The notes beneath the pieces are model-generated. The model was not told where the DNA came from and did not search any database. It saw only the letters and a list, made by a program, of their open reading frames with translations. DNA of 64,000 nt from Candidatus Bathyarchaeota archaeon (GTDB lineage Archaea; Thermoproteota; Bathyarchaeia; 40CM-2-53-6). The stretch is from NCBI GenBank assembly GCA_005888755.1, contig VBBQ01000030.1:68085-132084 (forward strand), written 5' to 3'. Both the position numbers and the translations under genes were made by a program. This document shows, in pieces, positions 59,783 to 64,000 of this stretch (positions are counted from its first letter, which is position 1; every line of letters starts with the position of its first letter).

Positions 59783-60799
59783 CTAGACTGCGTACTCTTT
59801 GCGTATGCTGACGAGATCGCGAACAATGGCGCTGGCGGTTCTCTCGCCTCCTGCTCCCGGCCCGATGAGGGTTATGTCTCCCGCGTGCTCCGTCGAGAAC
59901 GTGAGGGCGTTCAGTGTGTCTGGAACGCAGGTGGGATCGTCCGCCCGAATTTCCTCAGGTCGGACAGAGGCAGATGATTCCTCGATTCTGCCGATGAGTT
60001 TGACTTTGACCCCCAAGGCTTGCGCTGCTCTAAGTTTTCGGGGCGTGATCTTCGAGATCCCGGTTATGTCGACGTCTCGCAGACTGAAGCTTTTGGCCAA
60101 GATCCAGTTTGCTATGATGACTATCTTTGCTGCTGTGTCGAATCCTTCAACGTCGTTGGTGGGGTCTTTTTCTGCGTAGCCTTTCTTCTGGGCCTCCGCC
60201 AGGGCTTTCTGAAATGTTAGCGAGGAGTTTTCCATTCTTGTTAGAATGTAGTTTGTTGTTCCGTTGAGAATCCCTTTGATTCTGGCGATTCTCTCTCCAG
60301 GCATGCATTTTGCCGCGAAGTCAAGGAACGGCGTTCCTCCGCCCACAGTTCCGCTGAAGCAGAGCCGTCGGTTTCGATGACGGGCAAGTTCGAGAAGAGC
60401 TGGCATCGCCAACGCTAAAGGCCCCTTGTTGGCTGTAACAACGTGTTTTCCGGTTGAGAGGGCTGTTTTGATATTGGACAACCCCGGTTCGCCGTCTTTG
60501 AAGTTGGTGGGAGTTGTTTCCACCACAACTTCGGCGTCACTATCGGATATGATGCGGGTGCTGTCATCGTTGCGACGTCCGCTTCCGGGGTACTTGGCCA
60601 CCGTTCCATATTTTTCCTTGGTCTTCAGTACAAGGGGAATGTTGAGGCCTGCCTCGTCGAAGCATGATCCTTGGCTGTCTACTATGGTGGTGAGTTGAGG
60701 TCGGAAACCGTAGGCTTGTACTATTCGTTGTTCGTCTTGACGGAGAACCTTGATGAGTGCTTGGCCGACTGTTCCAAAGCCAGCGAATATTATTCTCAA
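59783..60799 (-). CDS. hom: Homoserine dehydrogenase
   Basis: MRIIFAGFGTVGQALIKVL (Rossmann). The central catalytic and C-terminal regions are typical of HSDH. Confidence 0.9.
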   Translation of the reverse strand: MRIIFAGFGTVGQALIKVLRQDEQRIVQAYGFRPQLTTIVDSQGSCFDEAGLNIPLVLKTKEKYGTVAKYPGSGRRNDDSTRIISDSDAEVVVETTPTNFKDGEPGLSNIKTALSTGKHVVTANKGPLALAMPALLELARHRNRRLCFSGTVGGGTPFLDFAAKCMPGERIARIKGILNGTTNYILTRMENSSLTFQKALAEAQKKGYAEKDPTNDVEGFDTAAKIVIIANWILAKSFSLRDVDITGISKITPRKLRAAQALGVKVKLIGRIEESSASVRPEEIRADDPTCVPDTLNALTFSTEHAGDITLIGPGAGGERTASAIVRDLVSIRKEYAV

Positions 60800-62025
60800 A
60801 GGACCCGCTCAAGACGTTCTAAGCGAGACGCGCCTGTAATTTCGAGATTGTAACCTGTCTGGGATTTTGGCAGTCGCTCCAGCACTGACGGATCTTTCAG
60901 ACCATGTCCAGTTGTCACGCAAACGACCGTCTCAGAAGGATCTACTTGGCCATCCTCAGAGAGTTTCTTCAGCCCCGCAATTGAAGCCGCACTAGCGGGC
61001 TCTACGAATATTCCCTCGAGCGTAGCTAGCTCTTTTTGGGCCGCTAGGATTTGGCGGTCTGTTACCGTTTCCGCGGTCCCCTTAGATTCTCTTATTGCGC
61101 GCAAGACCTTTGGCCAGCTTGCCGGGGACCCTATTCTAATGGCCGTAGCGATTGTCTGAGGATTGTGGATTGGACGAACCTTGCTCTGTCTACTTTTCAC
61201 GGCCCTCGCTATGGGAGCGGCTTTCTCAGCCTGAATCCCCATCATTCTAGGCCGATCTCTCACGATCTTTAGCTGCTGGAATTCGGAGAAGCCTTTCCAC
61301 GCAGCGCTAATGTTACCACCATTTCCAACTGGCAACAATACAACATCTGGACACCTCTCGCCTAGCTGGTGAAGAATCTCGAACGCTAGCGTCTTCTGTC
61401 CTTCAAGTCTAAACGGGTTGATAGAATTCATCAAGTAGAATTCCCTTCTCTTGTCAGCTAGCTCCATAGCCATTTCGAGGGCCTGGTCAAAGTCTCCTCT
61501 GACCTGAATGAGCTTGGCTCCGTGCATGATAACCTGGAGCATCTTTCCCCCTGCCACCTTTCCTTTCGGCATGAGAACAATGCATTCCATGCCAGCCCTC
61601 GCCGAGTAAGCGGCTAGGGAGGCCGCTGTGTTTCCCGTTGAAGCGCAGAGAACCTTCTTCTTACCGAGCTCTCTTGCTTTTGATATCGCGACGGTCATTC
61701 CACGGTCTTTGAAGGAGCCGGTCGGATTTTCCCCTTCGTTTTTGACATAGAGCTTCTTTAGGCCGAGTTTGCGTCCGAGGCGTTTGCAATGGTGGAGGCC
61801 TGTTCCTCCCTCAGCAAGACTAACGATGCACTCTTCTTTCTCGACCGGTAGAAGCTCTCTGTACTTCCACACCGACAGCTGGCGGCTCTTCCAGGCGGGT
61901 TCTCTCTTTTCGGCTAGGTCGAATATTACCTCTAATAGTCCACCGCAGATCTTGCACCTGAACCCCGCTTCTTGAGCAGGGAAGCCTCTCTGGCATTCGA
62001 AGCATTGAAGCTTGTAACTCCACAA
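60796..62025 (-). CDS. thrC: Threonine synthase
   Basis: The PLP site is NPTGSFKDRG. There is an N-terminal Cys-rich zinc ribbon. A 4-nt overlap with hom. Confidence 0.9.
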   Translation of the reverse strand: MWSYKLQCFECQRGFPAQEAGFRCKICGGLLEVIFDLAEKREPAWKSRQLSVWKYRELLPVEKEECIVSLAEGGTGLHHCKRLGRKLGLKKLYVKNEGENPTGSFKDRGMTVAISKARELGKKKVLCASTGNTAASLAAYSARAGMECIVLMPKGKVAGGKMLQVIMHGAKLIQVRGDFDQALEMAMELADKRREFYLMNSINPFRLEGQKTLAFEILHQLGERCPDVVLLPVGNGGNISAAWKGFSEFQQLKIVRDRPRMMGIQAEKAAPIARAVKSRQSKVRPIHNPQTIATAIRIGSPASWPKVLRAIRESKGTAETVTDRQILAAQKELATLEGIFVEPASAASIAGLKKLSEDGQVDPSETVVCVTTGHGLKDPSVLERLPKSQTGYNLEITGASRLERLERVL

Positions 62026-62030
62026 CGGGT

Positions 62031-62945
62031 CTATTCGCTCCGGATTACGCGTGCTCCTCCAGCAGCGCCTGTAACGAAGAATGTGGATTCAACATTATTC
62101 TTCGAGAACTCTCTGACCATTACCCTTCCGATTTTCTTAGGGTCGTGCTTCGTCTTGTCAACGAATGCAACTACGCTCGGGCCCGCTCCGCTTATCGCGA
62201 CCCCACTAGCATGCTCGGCCAGAGCAATCATTTTCACCGCTCTATAGCCGGGAACAAGCCTCTCTCTGTGAGGTTCCGCGATAGCGTCTTCCATTCCGCT
62301 TCCAATCAGATCGAGGTCTCCTCTGGCGAAACCGAGCGTGATAGCTGATGCCCGTCCAACATTGAGCACCGCATTCCCCGTCTCTATCTTCATGGGCACG
62401 AGCCTTCTAGCTAGACTTGTTTTGTTTTTGGCGAGTCGAGTTTTTGGTGAGACGACAACAACAGAGAGTTTGGCCGGTGGTTTCACGGAGACGGTTCTGA
62501 GAGGTTTTCCGTAGGCGATTACGAATCCTCCGAGAAGGGACGCGCCAACGTTGTCGGTGTGGGCTGATCCTGAGACGGCGGCTTCTCCTAGGCTGGCAGT
62601 CTGTACCAGTTCGTCGCTGGAGAGGTCTGCCGCTGTCGCACCGCTGCTTCCGAGACCCAGACCGGGCGGAACATTCTTTTCTAGAGTTATCTCGACGCCC
62701 ATGTGCAATCCACTCCTATCAAGCAGTGCTCGGGCTGGCGGACCGGCGGAATTCTTGTTTCTAGCTCGCGGCAGTTCCCTGCCAAATGGTCCGCGGGCTT
62801 TGATCTTGATGGTTCCAGTATTGGTTGTCCTGACTTGCACCCGGTCCGCGAATTTGTTGAGCGCCAGTGCGAATACGTCGAAGCCTGCTCCCAGATTAGC
62901 TGTCGAACAGTACGCCTCGACCCTTACTGCCTTGCCGGGAACCAT
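62031..62945 (-). CDS. thrB: Homoserine kinase (GHMP kinase). The start is placed at the Met in MVPGKAVRVEAY.
   Basis: VEAYCSTANLGAGFDVFALAL. The GHMP motif is PPGLGLGSSGA. The track ORF extends to 63173, but those first 76 codons look non-coding. Confidence 0.8.
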   Translation of the reverse strand: MVPGKAVRVEAYCSTANLGAGFDVFALALNKFADRVQVRTTNTGTIKIKARGPFGRELPRARNKNSAGPPARALLDRSGLHMGVEITLEKNVPPGLGLGSSGATAADLSSDELVQTASLGEAAVSGSAHTDNVGASLLGGFVIAYGKPLRTVSVKPPAKLSVVVVSPKTRLAKNKTSLARRLVPMKIETGNAVLNVGRASAITLGFARGDLDLIGSGMEDAIAEPHRERLVPGYRAVKMIALAEHASGVAISGAGPSVVAFVDKTKHDPKKIGRVMVREFSKNNVESTFFVTGAAGGARVIRSE

Positions 62946-63429
62946 TGAGCCGATTTCCCGACTGAGACTCAGCTCTTCTTCGATAATAACTGGTCCTATA
63001 CCCACGTTTCTATTTTGAAAGTTGGTGAGGACTGGCCAAATCGTCCAGAATGAACCCTGTTTCGCAATCTGGAAGGCCACTTCAAGATCACCGCTAGATT
63101 CGTTCGGGCCGATCGCGTTTTTTGCCGAGCCATCTAAGCCATGATTGCGCCCTGATCCGCCGGTCTCGCCCACTATGTGCGCTAGAGAGTGAGCGTTTTA
63201 GAAAATAGGGGTCTTAGCGACCCGACCTTGCGTCGCACGAGTGGTTAGACCGAAACGGTCTCAATAACGTCTTATTCGTAGTCATGAGTAATAGACCATT
63301 TCCGTGACGCATAACTGTGTACTTCTGCGGAATGCGCTTCGTAGCGAAGCCTGCTTCTCCCGGCCGAGTTCGATTCTCCCGAGCACGATCAATGTTAGCG
63401 AAGACTCCATCAACATGTCTCTAAATGGC

Positions 63430-63999
63430 TCAGATCATCTTGAAATCCGTCTGCGGAATATCTGCCCGCAAGACCATTCCTGAACTTCCGTCCAAGACCG
63501 CGTTGTAACTTCGTCCCTTATACTCGTAGGTGCTGAACCAGATTGGCGCGTGGATGTATGTCGGTTTGTCCACTTTGAAGTTTGTATTGAAAGACGTGAT
63601 CTGGTCGATCTCCTGTTTTGCTAGAAACCTCTGGTTCACATCCACTTCCTCTCTTGCATGCTCGACCGCTTCCTCGTTGGTCATCTCACTGTTGAGGAAC
63701 TTCGCTCCAGAATCGATCCTCTTGAAGTCGAAAGGAATCTTCCCTGTATCCGGGACCGTATAGTCTCGGGTCGGAAACTGCGCGCCCTTACGGCCTAGCA
63801 CCAGCCAATCGTAATCCCGGTTTATGACACCCTTCCTAGGCGAAGGAGGCGAGATTCTCTCCAGTACTCCTTCGTATGTGCTTGTTGCCTCTATAGGGAC
63901 CAGCCAGAATGGAAGATACCGTAGCTCCAGTGTCAAGATCTTGCTCTTTTTTGCGAGGTCTCCTGGTTTCATGAATCCTTCTCTCATCCAGTCCCGCAA
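63430..63999 (-). CDS. Hypothetical protein. It is N-terminally truncated by the window edge if the ORF continues past 64000.
   Basis: A 189-aa ORF with no recognised motif. Confidence 0.4.
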   Translation of the reverse strand: MRDWMREGFMKPGDLAKKSKILTLELRYLPFWLVPIEATSTYEGVLERISPPSPRKGVINRDYDWLVLGRKGAQFPTRDYTVPDTGKIPFDFKRIDSGAKFLNSEMTNEEAVEHAREEVDVNQRFLAKQEIDQITSFNTNFKVDKPTYIHAPIWFSTYEYKGRSYNAVLDGSSGMVLRADIPQTDFKMI

Positions 64000-64000
64000 C

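Noticed and set aside
62946-63173. The N-terminal 76-codon extension of thrB in the track ORF.
   Set aside because: The Gly/Ser/Asn-rich extension has no counterpart in homoserine kinases. The conserved N-terminal strand VRVEAY...ANLGAGFD begins right after the internal Met.
63368-63376. A GTTCGATTC T-loop-like sequence, considered as the 3' half of a tRNA.
   Set aside because: The flanking bases (GGCCGA ... CTCCCGAGC) cannot form a T-stem or acceptor stem on either strand. The nearby 6-bp hairpin GCTTCG-TAG-CGAAGC (63336-63350) is isolated. No other tRNA-like T-loops were found in the intergenic regions I scanned.
1-64000. Mobile elements, integrases, transposases, and phage or plasmid genes.
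   Set aside because: No DDE/serine/tyrosine recombinase signatures, no terminal inverted repeats and no att-like direct repeats were recognised on either strand.

Overview
This is a 64-kb, gene-dense prokaryotic chromosomal segment that is most likely archaeal. The archaeal call rests on three observations: a DRG/Rbg1-type GTPase with a TGS tail (57271-58359), a PAC2-family protein, and TATA-like boxes about 30 nt upstream of several starts. GTG and TTG start codons are used frequently. No rRNA, tRNA, CRISPR array, integrase or transposase was found on either strand.

Core metabolism takes up much of the window. The genes are coaBC, a near-complete de novo purine cluster (purS-purQ-[two tiny membrane ORFs]-purL-purF-purF paralog-purD-purN-folD-5-formyl-THF cycloligase-purE-purC-purM), purH elsewhere (two overlapping ORFs), heme O synthase, and a lysC-hom-thrC-thrB cluster on the minus strand.

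The accessory content is as follows:
- an orphan beta-class (SPPY) DNA methyltransferase;
- a minus-strand island (11.7-15.9 kb) with a MORC-like GHKL (HATPase_c_3) ATPase, a coiled-coil protein, a DUF2332 methyltransferase-fold protein and a DUF4386 membrane protein;
- a Rieske oxygenase operon;
- a cupredoxin with a Ser/Thr-rich stalk;
- a MacB/FtsX-type ABC exporter;
- most strikingly, a 12-kb head-to-tail array of four paralogous genes (44943-57121). Each encodes a ~1000-aa, Cys-rich secreted protein with a divergent SBP-family-5 (OppA/DppA-like) signature near the C-terminus and a terminal dockerin-type Ca-binding repeat.

Several genes are broken by frameshifts or lack a canonical in-frame start: purD, a GNAT acetyltransferase, a class-V aminotransferase, possibly purH, and the starts of a CN-hydrolase and a HAD hydrolase. 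This points to either indel errors in the assembly or ongoing gene decay, and it needs checking before any of them is interpreted biologically.
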